NCBI GenBank assembly: GCA_001949185.1 | Contig: BDGG01000001.1 | Span: 6,175,591 to 6,239,590, forward strand | Source of the DNA: Ramazzottius varieornatus | Taxonomy: Eukaryota > Animalia > Tardigrada | Direction: 5' to 3' | Length of the DNA stretch: 64,000 bases | In this document: positions 50,993-64,000 of the stretch, in pieces | Layout: each line of letters begins with the position of its first letter | Position numbering within the stretch: the first letter of the stretch is position 1 | The notes under the pieces: model-generated | Seen by the model: the letters and a program-made list of their open reading frames with translations, nothing else | Told to the model about the DNA's origin: nothing | Databases searched by the model: none | Made by a program: the position numbers and the translations under genes

Positions 50993-53636
50993 ATGTACGC
51001 AAATGCATGTCAGGAAGCTCCAGCAAACGGCCTGAAGTCGGGCATTTCCGGTGAGCGAGCCATAAACTTCTCTCCTGGACCTGCAAAGATTCCCGACGAG
51101 GTAAGTGCGTGAGTTCTCATTGGGATGACTATCAAAGTGATGAACTAGTATTCGGGACTGCAGATAGCTAATGTGGATCGAATAGCGAGCTGCATGGGCA
51201 AACTTCTTCGCTCAATGCACGAAAATAACATGGGCCGTAAAATCCCACCGTTCCTCCTTTCGGAGCCCGTTGTAGCGAGAGCGGATACCCGCTAACGAAG
51301 CGCCAATGGAAAACACGGTGCAGGCGGTTCAGGTCTGAGTGACGCCACGCTCCGGCACTGAGCCGTTCGGCGTATGACGTCACCCAAAGGAGGAGAGCGG
51401 GGTGGCGGTGCAATAGAATCTTCAGACCAGCCCCTGGTCGTAAGCAGTAACAGCTCGGCAAGTGACCCCCTGTAACAACCGGTGATTTGACTACTTTTTG
51501 CAAACCACAAGACTGCAGCACGCACGACGGCGATCAGCAGTTGAGTGGCCACCTGACGCTGTCACTTCTGACAGCCAGGTGCTGGTCTGAAGATTCTACT
51601 GCGCAGCCACCTATGTCGAGCTGGACAGTCCTCTGTATCGACTATAGACAACACTTGTTAATTTGAGCTTGATTAGCTCCTCGTATTTAACCAGTGAGCT
51701 TTTCGGGTTTGCACTCTGCATTCTCGTCTGCACAAGTCGGACGTTGGACAGCATGTTTAGACTGACCAGTGCTGCGTCTGCAGGTTCTCCACATCGTGCA
51801 GGAAGAGCTCCTGAACTACCATGGACAAGGTCTTGGAGTTATGGGTACGAGGAAAAGGTTGTAAAGTTAGCCGCCCGATACCGGGTTTATATAGTTGGCC
51901 GTCTAAGTTCGCCTGTTCTCTACTACTCAATCCCAAACTTTCAAGGATAGATCGATAGATAAAATGATGAGCTGTCGGTTGGTCTTAGTCAAAGTCAACA
52001 CGAGGAGTCAGAGAATCCAAGAGATCCGCAATTAAAAGAACGTTGAAGTCTCATTTTAAAATGCCAAGACTGACAATCAAATAGTCAATCAAGCGATAGA
52101 CGCTATAGCCGTGGCTAACTTTACAAACCCGGTATGGGATGGCTAAGTTTACAACCTTTACCTCGTAAGGTTAAAGCGAGATCACTATTTCGCACGAAAA
52201 CTACTGTATAAACTGAAATTTGCAGAAATGTCCCATCGGTCGAAGGAGTTCGAGGAAATTATCTTGGGAGCGGAGAAGAGTGTTCGGGACTTGCTGAATG
52301 TGCCGGAGAACTACAAAGTGCTGTTCCTGCAAGGTGGAGGTGCTGGTCAGTTCGCAGCGGTCCCTCTCAACTTGATGCACACAGGAAGCGCCGATTATCT
52401 GGTCACCGGAAGCTGGTCCCAGTCTGCGGTCAAGGAAGCCGAGAAATACGGCAAAGTCAACTGGGTGGCACCTAAATCGGACAAGTTTGTCTGTAAGCGC
52501 CGGTTGGTCGCGAGTACCTTTGAAATTTCTGCATTTTATGGTTCAACTTAAACTTGCAAGGAGTATAAAGAACAGCCGTTTCAGTGAACTTTTTTAGCTA
52601 ATATTGCTTTCTCAGTATTGTGAGCATAAACTCTGCCTGGAACCTAATACTGCTGATTGGGATTTATTCTACGGTTTTTCGACATGTTTGGTTTTCGTTT
52701 CAGCTATTCCGGATGCATCCACGTGGAAACACAGTCCCGACGCGTCGTACTTTTACCACTGTAGCAATGAGACTGTTCACGGTGTGGAATTCCCCGAGAC
52801 GCCTTCTGTGCCAAACAACACGCCGGTTGTCGCCGATATCTCCAGTAATTTCATGAGCCGAAAATTGGACGTTAGCAAGGTAAACTCCGATGTGCAATCG
52901 GAGCAGCCGCTTGTGTTGTACCTAACGCCTACGCTGTTTCCAGTACGGTTTGCTCTTCGGTGGAGCGCAGAAGAACGTTGGTGGTGCTGGTGTGACGGCG
53001 GTCATCGTACGCGATGACCTCTTGGGCAAAAGCAGGAAAGAATGCCCGTCGGTCATTGACTACAAAGTCCAAAGTGCCAATTCCTCACTGTACAACACCC
53101 CGCCATGTTTCAAGTAGGTTTTTCGTCATACAGTATGCCGTACATGTGCTGTATTGAGCTTAAACGTTCATTTCAGCATTTACGTTATGGGATTGTGTTT
53201 GAACTGGATCCAGAAGCATGGCGGCTTGGACGCCATGGAAGACTTGAGCCGGCAGAAGTCCAGTCTTATCTATGACGTTATTGATCGCTCGAATGGATTT
53301 TACAGGTACGCCACGCGTGCATTGTCCTTACAATCATTATTATTATGCCTGAGTCTATGCGTAGATGCTTTCTGTTCTAGTGCGCCGGTTGACCGGCGGT
53401 ATCGGTCGCGAATGAACATTCCCTTCCGAGTTGGAACTGGTGCTGACCAGGAACGAGTGGAGAAAGAGTTCTTGCACGAAGCGCAGAAGCTGCGCATGGT
53501 TTCTCTGAAGGGTCATCGCTCAGTGGGAGGCATGCGGGCCTCGCTGTACAATGCTGTTACCGTAGAAGAAACCCGGATGTTAGCTGATTTCATGGAAGAA
53601 TTTCGAGATAGGTCGTTGGACGAGCAAAAAGCATGA
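50993..53636 (+). CDS. PSAT1: Phosphoserine aminotransferase, multi-exon
   Basis: [62 protein letters not shown] (PLP lysine), [28 protein letters not shown]. Confidence 0.96.
51401..51611. mobile_element. Fold-back MITE in PSAT1 intron 1
   Basis: GGTGGCGGTGCAATAGAATCTTCAGACCAGCCCCTGG / CCAGGTGCTGGTCTGAAGATTCTACTGCGCAGCCACC long inverted arms. Confidence 0.75.
51846..52167. mobile_element. Mariner-like MITE family B, short copy inserted in the PSAT1 intron-2 donor
   Basis: TACGAGGAAAAGGTTGTAAAGTTAGCC ... GGCTAAGTTTACAACCTTTACCTCGTA; internal sequence is the reverse complement of parts of 30833-31643. Confidence 0.88.
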
Positions 53637-54653
53637 GACTAACCAGAAACAGAAATGCATAGACTACATCACTTCTGGCTTGTTGCTGACAGTTCATGTT
53701 CCAAAAGAACATATTGCTCAGGATTTATGAGTACGGTTTTATAAAAATTTATGATACAGTCGACTGAAACTGTAGTTGAGGGTACCACTCGGAAACATGC
53801 CTGGCACAGCTAAACGGCCTGTATTGTGAAACAAGTGGAAATGTGAAACACGTTGAGAGAAGGCTGGTGCGCCGGCATGACCATGCTATGAAAAAATTCG
53901 AGAACGTGGCTAACATGCAGATTAACGCTTGCCGAGGCTTGCCACTCATTTGCTGCACTGGCGGGTAACAGCAAGGAACCAACCAAGGTACTCGACCCAC
54001 ATGACGGGAGATCTAAATGACCCCGTATGGATTAAACCGGTTCTAAGCGGATCACCGACGTGCTGAACTGAAGAAGAAACTGCATTCGATGTTCTCTTGA
54101 CAGTATGCAGTGATGAACAAAGAACGTAAAAAAATTCTTTATATAGTATGCCACAGGTGAATCGTACTCGACTTGATTCATATGACTTCCATTTGTTATT
54201 TAAAGTTGATTATGGTAGTAAACTGAACCATATTTGAATTTTTACGTACAATGCGTCAAGACACGAAGCTTGGCGACAAGGTAAGCTTGCTCAGTACACC
54301 CGTTCCGAGCGACTAACTTCCGTCACCCGCAGCAGTCTACCGACCCTACTCCAAGCGAAGAACATTGACCATGCCCGATTCTAAGCCAGTACCCGAACGT
54401 ACGGTCGTGTTTTCAGACTGGTCTAGACTTGTATGTGACTTGGCCGAACCATCCTATTCATACGATACGGATGCATTTTGTGCAAGGGCGAAATTGTTGG
54501 GCGGTCGTACCGAATGGAAGCTTGGCTTAACGCACCACAACATAATGAGCTTTGCAGAGCCGTCATTTAGGAATTGCTAGCCAACAGATTCGTCCTAGTC
54601 AGAATTGAGGATCGACGCGTCCAAAGTTACAAGCTTGTTTTGGGTAGCTCAAG

Positions 54654-55067
54654 ATGACCCTACACCTGATCAACTTCCTTGACATGTTGGCCAGTCTGAA
54701 CGACCAAAATCTGCTTGATACTCTGAAATTGTTAGTGAACTCCCTTAATATTCCTTCAGTTAGCGGTGCAGCGGAGGTCTATCATGATGGCGGACTTACG
54801 CCAAAACTGATGCGGCTTTTGAGGTAAGCTTGTCCAGTATTCCGTTAAGCTAACCAAAGCACAGTTCTGGTCGGTTTGTTTTCCAGTAGGCACGATAACA
54901 CTGCCATATCAACGCACGCATTACAAATCCTAGTGTCCATCACGAAAGTCGGGCAAGAAGCCGCCCAGACACTATGAGACCTAGACATACCGAGTCACCT
55001 GAGGAGATTTGCTGTCAGGGAACGGACCTCTTCGGGACATGTGCTGCGGCGAAGGTGGCGACCATAG
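54654..55067 (+). pseudogene. Spliced ARM-repeat (importin-alpha-like) gene fragment with an in-frame TGA
   Basis: Exons 54654-54823 and 54887-55067 joined by a GTAAG..CTAAC..TTTCCAG intron encode LDMLASLNDQNLLDTLKLL..GGLTPKLMRLLSRHDNTAISTHALQILVSIT..QTL*D. Confidence 0.45.
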
Positions 55068-56691
55068 CACATTCAGCTCTACAGCTAATCCAGGTGGTGT
55101 TCCTCGATGCAACTGGTCCCGTTACGGTAAGAAAGGCGGCTTACGGATCATGACAAATGCAGTTTCCAATGTTGGGTTTAGGTTTAGGTTGCAAATGATG
55201 CGGGTTCGCTTCCGCTTATTGTCAACGTCAAGCGGAGCGAAAGCAGGAACAGCGGTGAGGAGGCAGCACTTGCGCGGATGACGGTTTGCATGCTGTAGGG
55301 AACTGGCGAGCAGAGAAGACAAAGTGGCACTATTTACAGTGTATCGCGCATCCAAAACTCTACAGTATAAAGTGTGTCGGCAGAACTGTGGGACGGTACG
55401 GAAATGGAGAGATTCCTATTTCAGAGGAAATGAATGACGTAATATGCGAAAACTAGCATGGAGCCAACAATGGCACTGCGGAACATGTCTTTGGTTGTAG
55501 GTTGTAACGTAGTAGTAAAGCTAAATGTGTCAACTTTCTCACAGAAACGTCAGCGAGGTTTCGACGTACTTTTCCAGACGGAAGCGATGATTGTGGGCCC
55601 GCATGGGACCGCAATCGACAAGGTCGACGTTTGGTACTTCTGTCAACGGCCAACAGCCTTAATTGTGAACTTCTAGTCGAAACATTTAGAACGAGATATC
55701 GTCTATTTTGGTCGCTCTAATGACGTTAATCCAGGCTAATATTAACGCCAGCCACATGCCAGCAAGAGTTATTTTCAGCCCGTAACCTCGTTCGCGTCGT
55801 CTCTCATCGCCCTAATGACCAATCACACGAACAATGTAATTCTCAATCTGCACTAACGATGTCGATCAACAGTAAGAAACTGAAGAGATCTCGACACCTT
55901 TCAGTTGAAGCCCGCGATCCTCTGGGCGCCATACATACCAACCTCTGTAGCCCGTAAAGACCTCTCAGAGAAAAACTCCAGGAAGCGATTGGGAAGAATG
56001 TCATTTCATCCTTTGTATACACATTTGGCCGCGCGGCCTACTCGACATGCTCCTCAGGGTTGCACGCTCCTCCCTTCTTGCTCCCTGTCAAGGCGTTAAT
56101 CAAGTTCCGGCCAGTCACTTGGCTTCCTCGTCTTGCGTACATAAACACAGAGGCAGCCGTACTACGTTCAGTGTTTGCTTAACATTTGCATGTAAATGTG
56201 GAACGCGGAAACTCCTTCCAGCCGTGACGTCACTCTCGTCATCGACGTAATGGCATCCAGGCCCGATTGGCGTGTGTCATGCAGCCACTGCAGATACCGC
56301 TTCGATGCCTCTGTATTATTATTATTCTACTGACGGCTGGCGGATATCATCATCTGCCTGTTAGTATTGTAAGGCATACTGTACTGCTTCTGTACGCTGT
56401 CTCCACAGGAGAAGCCAAGGGACTTGATTATTATTGCAACAGTCATACCATATTTTCTCGAACGTCTACAACAAACCCACTCAACCCGAGATTCCAGGCG
56501 TTTTGCTCCAACAGATTCCTTGCGTGCAAGCATCAACTGCTACCGGCAATTTTGCTCACTGCAAATTCCTCTACTGATCCAACCGATGATTTGCATCTCA
56601 GAGACTCGACTTCGATGGAAACTACTGTAGTCTTCACTTCGTAAAAACAGCATTCTCCGAGCTAATCTCTCCTCAAGGACACCCTTGCAAA

Positions 56692-59600
56692 ATGGATCTG
56701 AAATTGGCGATCCAGTTAATCTTCTACGAGATGCTGTGTACAATGGCCTGTTGCTACGGTGCTTCGTACACAAGGCCGCTGACCAAAGTGATCTCAACCA
56801 AGTACGGCGTGGTTCGCGGGTTGTTGACACAGTTTTCCTCGGAGGTTCGACCGCAGCTGCAGGCGGTCGAGTCGTACCTGGGTATCCCCTATGCAGCTGC
56901 ACCGACCGGCAACCTTCGTTTCATGCCGCCAACCACACCTTCGCAGTTTGAAGGTGGAGTTCGCAATGCAACGGCCTTTGGGCCAGTTTGTCCGCAAACC
57001 GGTCCAAACATTACCCAGATGGACTTTGAGAAGTCCGTTCCGAAGAGCCGGCTGGAGTACCTGCGCAGACTGAGCACCTTCCTACGGAATCAAAGCGAGG
57101 ACTGTCTCTACCTGAACATTTACACCCCCAGCGCATCACGAGGTAAGAACCAGTCCGCCGTTACTTTACGCTTCTGCAAAGATGCGGTTTACCTTCAGCA
57201 AAACTTTCTCCGATCAGCCACGCACTATCGTCCAAAGCTCAACTACAGTTCATAATTAAGCTGAACTGAGTTAAATGCATGCAATGATTATACGCTATAG
57301 ATCCAAACAAAGCGTGGTAAAACGCTGAAGTGAATTGAACAGCAAGAGCAATGGAAACCTTCGGAGCTATCAGAACCTTGGATATACAGTCCGCTGCTTT
57401 TGCCGGAAAAATACGCACAGTGGCTGTATGTTTTTCTTTGTGGCGGATTTTTTGTGGAGATGAGACTGTCGTGTTCTCACACAACAGGCTCACGTTTTTG
57501 TCAAAAAGAGAAATAATATTAGCCAGGCGCGACGAAGACACAACTCGAGCTGTGACAGTAGGGTGCTTGACATGGTTTTAACCTCGTGCAAGCTCAGCAC
57601 GTCGGTCTTGGTGACTCGACAGGACGCGCTCGATTATTACAGCGCCGTTCGTGGTGTACGCCAACGAAGGGCTGGGGTTTCATTTTGTCAGCGCCAAGAC
57701 TCTCGACTAAATTCCCTCAATTCACATGGCTACAGGCAATGTTTCTCTTTGGGCAATTGTAAAAGGCAATATGTACCCGAGGAATTATCCCGCGCGTTTC
57801 CCTCCCTATCAATGCCATCTTGCTGCACGGCTCGTGCTCACCACGCAAGTTAGCCTTGCGGGATATGCAGTTGCCCATTCAGACGGGGACGTCGACGGGG
57901 AAGAGCACTCCTTGTTATGATGACTCGCATGCTCACCCAAGCATTTAATGCCCGTCTGGCTACTGTCACTTGCGCTACGAAAATTGCCTCCAATATCCCT
58001 CGTCCCAATGTTATCCCAAAAACCTACATATCCTTACAGTAAATGAATGTTGGCCATCCGTGAAAAGCGAAAGGAAGATCCCACATTGTGCAACGCCGTG
58101 CAGGCGTTAACCCCACTGCTTCAATAGCAACGCGCGGCTTCATGTCCGACTTGATCCTGCCATGCGCTATAATCGCTCTTTCGTTGAATGGCAAGAAAAA
58201 ATGCACAATGCCGGGATAAGGCTCCAGTGCTCATATGTTGCTTTCACTGAAGAGCTCAGCTGGAAATACAAGCTTTTTTCTGAAGTGAAAAGATTACGAC
58301 ACCCAGCGAACTCTTGCTGCTCCCATGTGAAACACATTGGCGATCTGCCTCATCAGGCTCTAGTTCTGTGATCGAAGAGCCCGCAAATGTGGCAAGATTT
58401 CGAACGTCGGCAAATGTCTTGAGCATAGCCGTTTCCCTGCGTGGCGCACGCTTCCTGCCAGTAACACTGTAAACTTGCGCCACTGTCTGCGGGTTTTAGT
58501 ATATGGGCGATACTGAAGTGAGTCCCGCCGCTTTATTTTCAATAGAAAGGGGGGATTGTCGCAATAATTTCCGGGCACTTGTGTGTAATAAGGGAAGCTT
58601 AATCAATCATTACAGCTCTTACACTAAGATGCATCGACCCACTTGAGAAATATGGTGGGAGCTGTAGGCCGCTAAGTTCTTCCTTCATCACGTGCTCCTT
58701 GCCAAAGTCAAGCCGGCTTTTCAACCGTTCGACAACTTGCACAGCAGAAAATTTCATCTGCTCATTGGCAGACGAGTTAAGTCAACGTTGAAGTCTTTAA
58801 ATTTGACGCACTGGACGATCTAATGCCTTCATTCAAACGATGACACAATTCCATCATGACTTTTACTTTACTTTTTAGCCGATTGCTTTAATATCCTCGA
58901 ATTGATTGCGTTAGGCTATTCCTCGTTCGTAGAGTAACCCACGTAACAGCCATACGACACACATTCCTCTCAAACGTCATGTTCCTGTCATGTCACTTTT
59001 TGACTTCCATCCTTACACGCTTTCTTAGCTTGGAACACAGCCAACATGCAACAGCTACAATCTATTGATTGATAATTTGTTTACACTTGGGAGAATCCCG
59101 GCAAATCAGCACATCCGCTCTCCTTTTTCTCCCCGTTCACACGCTGCTCCAATTTTGCTAATTTTTATTATTAATGTTGCCCATTTCGCAAAATTACTCC
59201 TGCATGACTGATGTGATCGATTCAACATGGCAGATATTTTGGCCCCTGCTTCTTAAGCGGTTGAATATCGAAAAACCATTCTACAGAAAGCAATATCATA
59301 AGTTTAAGCTTACTCCCAAAGCGGGTGATAACCCGCGTAAAAACGGATGTTAACAAAATTTTCACAAAATTTTCACAAATACGCGACAGAATGTTCAATG
59401 CCACAGCCAATATCGCGCTTGATTAATGACGTTGATCCTCTAGGCGTACAACAGCTGGCACATTACGCGATCACTGCCTTAGTGTCTATCCCTAATTATG
59501 CTTCAGCTCAATTAGAGCAGGTTAATATTAAAAGGGCCAAAAAGCAATCTGCCATTCAACGCCGTATAATGGATGCCCAGCACTTTGATAAGATCACCAC

Positions 59601-62600
59601 CATTAGGATCAAAGAATAAGCACTGTCGTCATAACTCATCATATTATTCTTGGGCGTTCTCCTCTGCCATTCTGCTCTAGAGAACCCTTCCCAGAAGAGC
59701 CATCTAAATAAATTATGAAATTTCAGAAAAATCTACCCACAATTTATTGTCCTTTTATTCTTTGTTGATAGGAGTTTCTTTCGCACTTCCGCCAGTGCTG
59801 TGATAACATCCACAACGGAAATTTATTTATCTTTGTCCAATTAGCTTCTTTCCTTTGCTCGTTTCCCGAAAAGGAGAAAAGCTTGTTAGCTAGCTACTGT
59901 AATATCCCATTGTATAGCCGCAAGCAACGATCAAACTCCATACGCGAGTTTATTTAAACATTATCTCAGCTTGCTCCCATTCGGGCCGTATTTCACATAT
60001 TCTGTAAAGCTCGTTAACTGTCGAACACAGTGAATCCAGATACACACCATCTGGACTGTAGGAAAGGAGGAAGAAGACAGAGAAGACTGACCAGCGTAAT
60101 ACGAGTGAAGCCTCGTTGGCTTCCGTGTTAACTTTCGGACGCAGTCCACTGATTTTCCATTTCATGTCGGTTCCATCCACTTCATTCTGGATGGATGGAA
60201 TGTGATTATATGGACAGTGTTTGTCCTGCTGGACACCAATGTTGGTCCCTGTTCTCGCTTCGAAGGGAGAGATGGACATGACCGATACGCTACACTCGTT
60301 ATGGTGGAAAATGCGATAAAATCATGAATTATGGTGCTTTCACGGCCAGCAAACACAATATGGCCATTTAGGCACAAGATTACATTTACATCATGCTTGG
60401 TCGCATATGCGCTGGTATCGACCTTCTGGAGTACTCTTACTTGAATTCTGTGACTTGTGGTCGCAGTTTCCAGGTTCAAGCTGTGCAATGCAAAGTAGTA
60501 GCAGTAAATTTCTCTGGTAAGTGTAGCAATAGCGCATAAAGTCGGCGTAAAAAATGGAAGAATTACTCGCCGTGTTCAACGAAATAAGTTCTTAAAAATT
60601 TGTATTGCACAAACGTTGCGAATTCGTCAGAGTGGGCGAAAGACTGGATTTTTTTGGAGTGGGTGTGACGTAAGTGCGGGTATTCGATACGCATGAGAAA
60701 GGGTTACAAATTGCCAAAGCACTTTCATTAAAATTGCAAAATTTTATCCTTCCCGCTGTGAAAATGAGCGGCACGATATGGAGCATATTTTTGGCCAACG
60801 AGGTTGGGGGCAAAGAGAGGGAGGGTGCGCCACGTTGCTGACAATCGATGCTTATTAAATTATAACCCATAGTCATTTTAAAGAGTTGCTCTTCAGAGCA
60901 CAAAGTAAATCCCGTAGTTCGACCCTTCGATCAATTCTTCAAATTTCCAAAGTTAAAACTCAGTCTTAGCTAAATAAGTCCCTGAAGCCGGCACCGAAGT
61001 ACGTTTGATCACTTGTCCACTTCCTGCGACCACAAACTGTCCAAATTGACAGATATGTCTCCCTAGGAGCTTATTGATTCATCAGGCAAAAGCTTATCCT
61101 CAACGACCCTAATATTTTTCAATATTTCAAAGCGGATTGTTGCTGTCAGGCTGTTAATCGCAGAGTGTTGTCCGTAAATTGCTTGTCACTCTTCCCTGTG
61201 GAGAAATACCCATAGTTTCCCCTTCCACGGTACACACAACAGTGTAATCCGAGTAATGACGCAAAGTAAACGTCATTGTGGTCACTGTTCAAATACAGCA
61301 CAGAAATTATGGTTTCACAACAAGGTTAAACTTACCCTTGATTAATCATTCATGAGTTGTTGCAACATGTCATAACTAGTCTGGGCAAAACAAATAAACA
61401 CGACCGTATTTGAGTCAAAACAATACTAATTGCGAGAAAATCGAATGAGCGAGTACAACGTAATGGAAGCTACTGTTGACTTTGGGGGTTATGTCGACAC
61501 AAGTGTGACCACTTGCACTATTTCCCGCCATTGCTTACGCAGTCGCGCTTTGATCATCCAACGACAAATTCATGAAATTACAGTATTTGACTTTTGCAGA
61601 GGACAAAGACCTGCTGCCTGTTCTGGTTTACATTCATGGTGAATCGTATTCTTGGGGAACGGGGAATGCCTATGATGGAACGATACTGGCCAGCTATGGA
61701 AACCTGGTGGTCGTCACTCTCAACTACCGTCTGGGAATTTTCGGTAAGAAATGACATCACTGCCTCAAACAATCGTACCCGCACACCGACACAGACTGTA
61801 TTCCTTGATGTAAGTAGAAAGACGTCGGAGACCAGCTCCTCGCACTCCACTGGCCCAGATTTTCATTGTCGCTGACTGGAAGGGTGCGCCAGTTGGGAAA
61901 ACAATCTAATCACAAACTGGGTCTGGAAGGAACCCAGAACTCGACAGAATAAATTTAAGACACTGCCGGGAAAAAAACCTTTCTCCGAACAAAATTTGTG
62001 ATTTACTTGTTATCCGCGATTTCTGACAAGTTCGATGACAGATTGGGCTTTCGTATCTAATGGATGAAGCTAATGTCGGCAATTGAGCAGAAGCGAGTGT
62101 AATGTGGATGATGCAATCTTGGTGTATTTGTAGCCTGACTCCTAGTGGCGCAGTATGGCGATCACCAGGAGCGAACTGTAAAGTAATCATAGGGCGGAAG
62201 AGAGGGCGGAAGAGAGCATCTTAAGCGTTTTATAACCTTTTTTCATTGCAAACAAAATGGACATGTTTAGATCCGGTCAAAGTCACGCAAGCAAACAGTT
62301 TGCCGACATGGCTTAGCCTTTAAAGAAGCGGATACGATCTGTTGGCATGATTGTTTTTGCAATGTCAATTGCCGATCGATCATCCTACCAACAAGTACTC
62401 TGGCGTAAAAGTCAGTTACCGGAATTTACAACTGTCTATTTGCATACAACATCTTGCAATATATTGATTGGCTAAACAGGAAAGTAGGCAAAAACAGTAA
62501 AGATAGAAACTGATTGCAATGGTGATGTACGAAACATACGACGATTAGAAGTTGTAATGACCTTGGATTGTTCCCCGTAGGCTTTCTCAATACCGGCGAC

Positions 62601-64000
62601 GGCTTCGCGAGAGGAAATTATGGCCTCATGGATCAAGTGGCTGCAAGTAAGCTAATCTTGCACGTGAGGAAATGAATTGAACCGGATCGCTATCTGGAGC
62701 GGCGCGCGTTTTCATTGGTGCTTGCTGGAAGCTTGCGCCACTTGGAAAAACGATCTGTTTTGGAAACACTTTTTTACCACTTTTCACGATTGTAGGCGTT
62801 TTAGAAAGCTCTTGTAAACAGTAAAAAAACTGCATGGTTGCTAACATGAAAAGTAGGAATGCAAAGGTTTTTGTTGTAGTCAAATTTGTGGAGGAGAATG
62901 TGGAGCAGTTTGGTGGCGACCCCAACAACATCACGGTGATGGGCCACGGGACGGGCGCTGCCTGTGTGAACCTGCTGATGATCTCGCCGGTCGCCTCCAA
63001 CTACCGTCCACTTTTCCAAAGAGCTATCCTGCTGGGTGGTTCCGCATTGAGCCCGTGGGCCATTAGCCACGATTCGAAACAGTACACCATGGATCTAGCT
63101 CATGCCGTCAAGTGCCCTGTCGACGAAAATAGCGTCGACCTTCTCCGATGTTTACGGAACAAAAGTCCAGCTGAGCTGCTCAGAGCAAAATTAGATGTTC
63201 CACAGTAAGTCAATCCTTACCACAACTACGAAAAGAATTTTTACTTCTATTCGACCACAGCCAACAAAATCGTTTCCACCGCAAACTTAGTCTTGGTGCA
63301 TTGGATAAAAATTTAGTTGTGTGCTCGCACAAACTGAAACGAACGCCCATGGAACACTTTGCTTCGAAAATTTACGCAGATATAAGGAATACCGGTACCA
63401 TGTCTGTAGGTCGTAGCATGTTTGCTCGTTGTAGGTTTTTGACAGGTTTCGGGCCAACGATCGATGGGATATTCATCCCCAACCATCCCCGAAACATCAT
63501 GCGGAATTATGCAGGGCTGTACCGGAAGTACGGTCTGTTGATTGGACTAACGCGCAATGAAGCCGTCAACATTCTGACCAAAACAGAGCTGACCGCTGGC
63601 TTCGACGAGTCACGGCAAAATAAGCTACTCCGTTCTCTTGTCCGCAACCTATACTCTTACCACCTCGGTGAAGTCTTCATGTCCATCAAGTTCGAGTATG
63701 CCGACTGGGAACGCGGCTCGCGGTCCCTTCAGTCCATCCGAGATGCCACACTGGAGATTCTGAATGATGCATTGACGGTGGCGCCCCTGTTGGAAGCTGC
63801 ACAACTGCACGCGGGCTCCATGGCTCAACAAACTTACATGTTCCTCTTCCAGCACGCTCACCGCCTCGTCGAGGACGATTACCCCGCTGTGCTCGACAGC
63901 GTTCAGGCCGATGATCTTCCCTTCCTTTTTGGAGCTCCACTGGCGCAACAAAATGGCCGTTATTCCCCATGGTCCGGGAACTTCACTCCACAGGACGCGT
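56692..64000 (+). CDS. Neuroligin (catalytically inactive carboxylesterase fold), continues past the window end
   Basis: Signal-like N-terminus, [95 protein letters not shown] (GHGTG in place of catalytic GESAG), FGPTIDG, EYADWE. Confidence 0.92.

Noticed and set aside
51170-51500. Possible intronic RNase P RNA in PSAT1 intron 1 (GGTCTGAG..TTCAGACC, ends in a T run)
   Set aside because: The spacing is too short for the RNase P core, and TTCAGACC belongs to the inverted arm of the MITE at 51401-51611.
62140-62215. tRNA-like A box (TAGTGGCGCAGTATGG)
   Set aside because: No T-loop GTTCGA and no cloverleaf; it overlaps the dispersed TGCGCCA repeat motif.

Overview
Eukaryotic (metazoan) genomic DNA from a compact genome with short GT-AG introns (mostly about 55-100 nt). 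The gene set and style suggest a small-genome invertebrate, possibly a tardigrade; this is inference only. Spliced genes read from the sequence, in order: 3' part of an unknown Ser/Arg-rich gene, VPS29, BTF3/NAC-beta, NEPRO/Rmp1-like, Fuzzy-like, CDIPT, PRPF4, a 9-exon MEP/Amt2-type ammonium transporter, SGSM3, a small secreted protein, an ANF-receptor-ectodomain membrane protein with no cyclase domain seen, a GLUT-like transporter, a plant/fungal-type GT17 (MGAT3-like) glycosyltransferase, DNAJC2, PSAT1 and the 5' part of a neuroligin. Mobile DNA: a decayed DIRS/Ngaro-type RT-RNaseH, a decayed pogo/Tigger transposase and many MITE families. Most notable: two intron-containing genes of non-metazoan type (horizontal transfer candidates); a MITE inserted inside a PSAT1 splice donor that regenerates a second donor; a candidate peptide precursor lying head-to-head with an orphan peptide-receptor-like gene; a Gln-finger substitution in SGSM3; and an importin-alpha-like ARM gene relic absent from the ORF track. 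No rRNA, tRNA or CRISPR array was recognised. Exon boundaries were read by eye.
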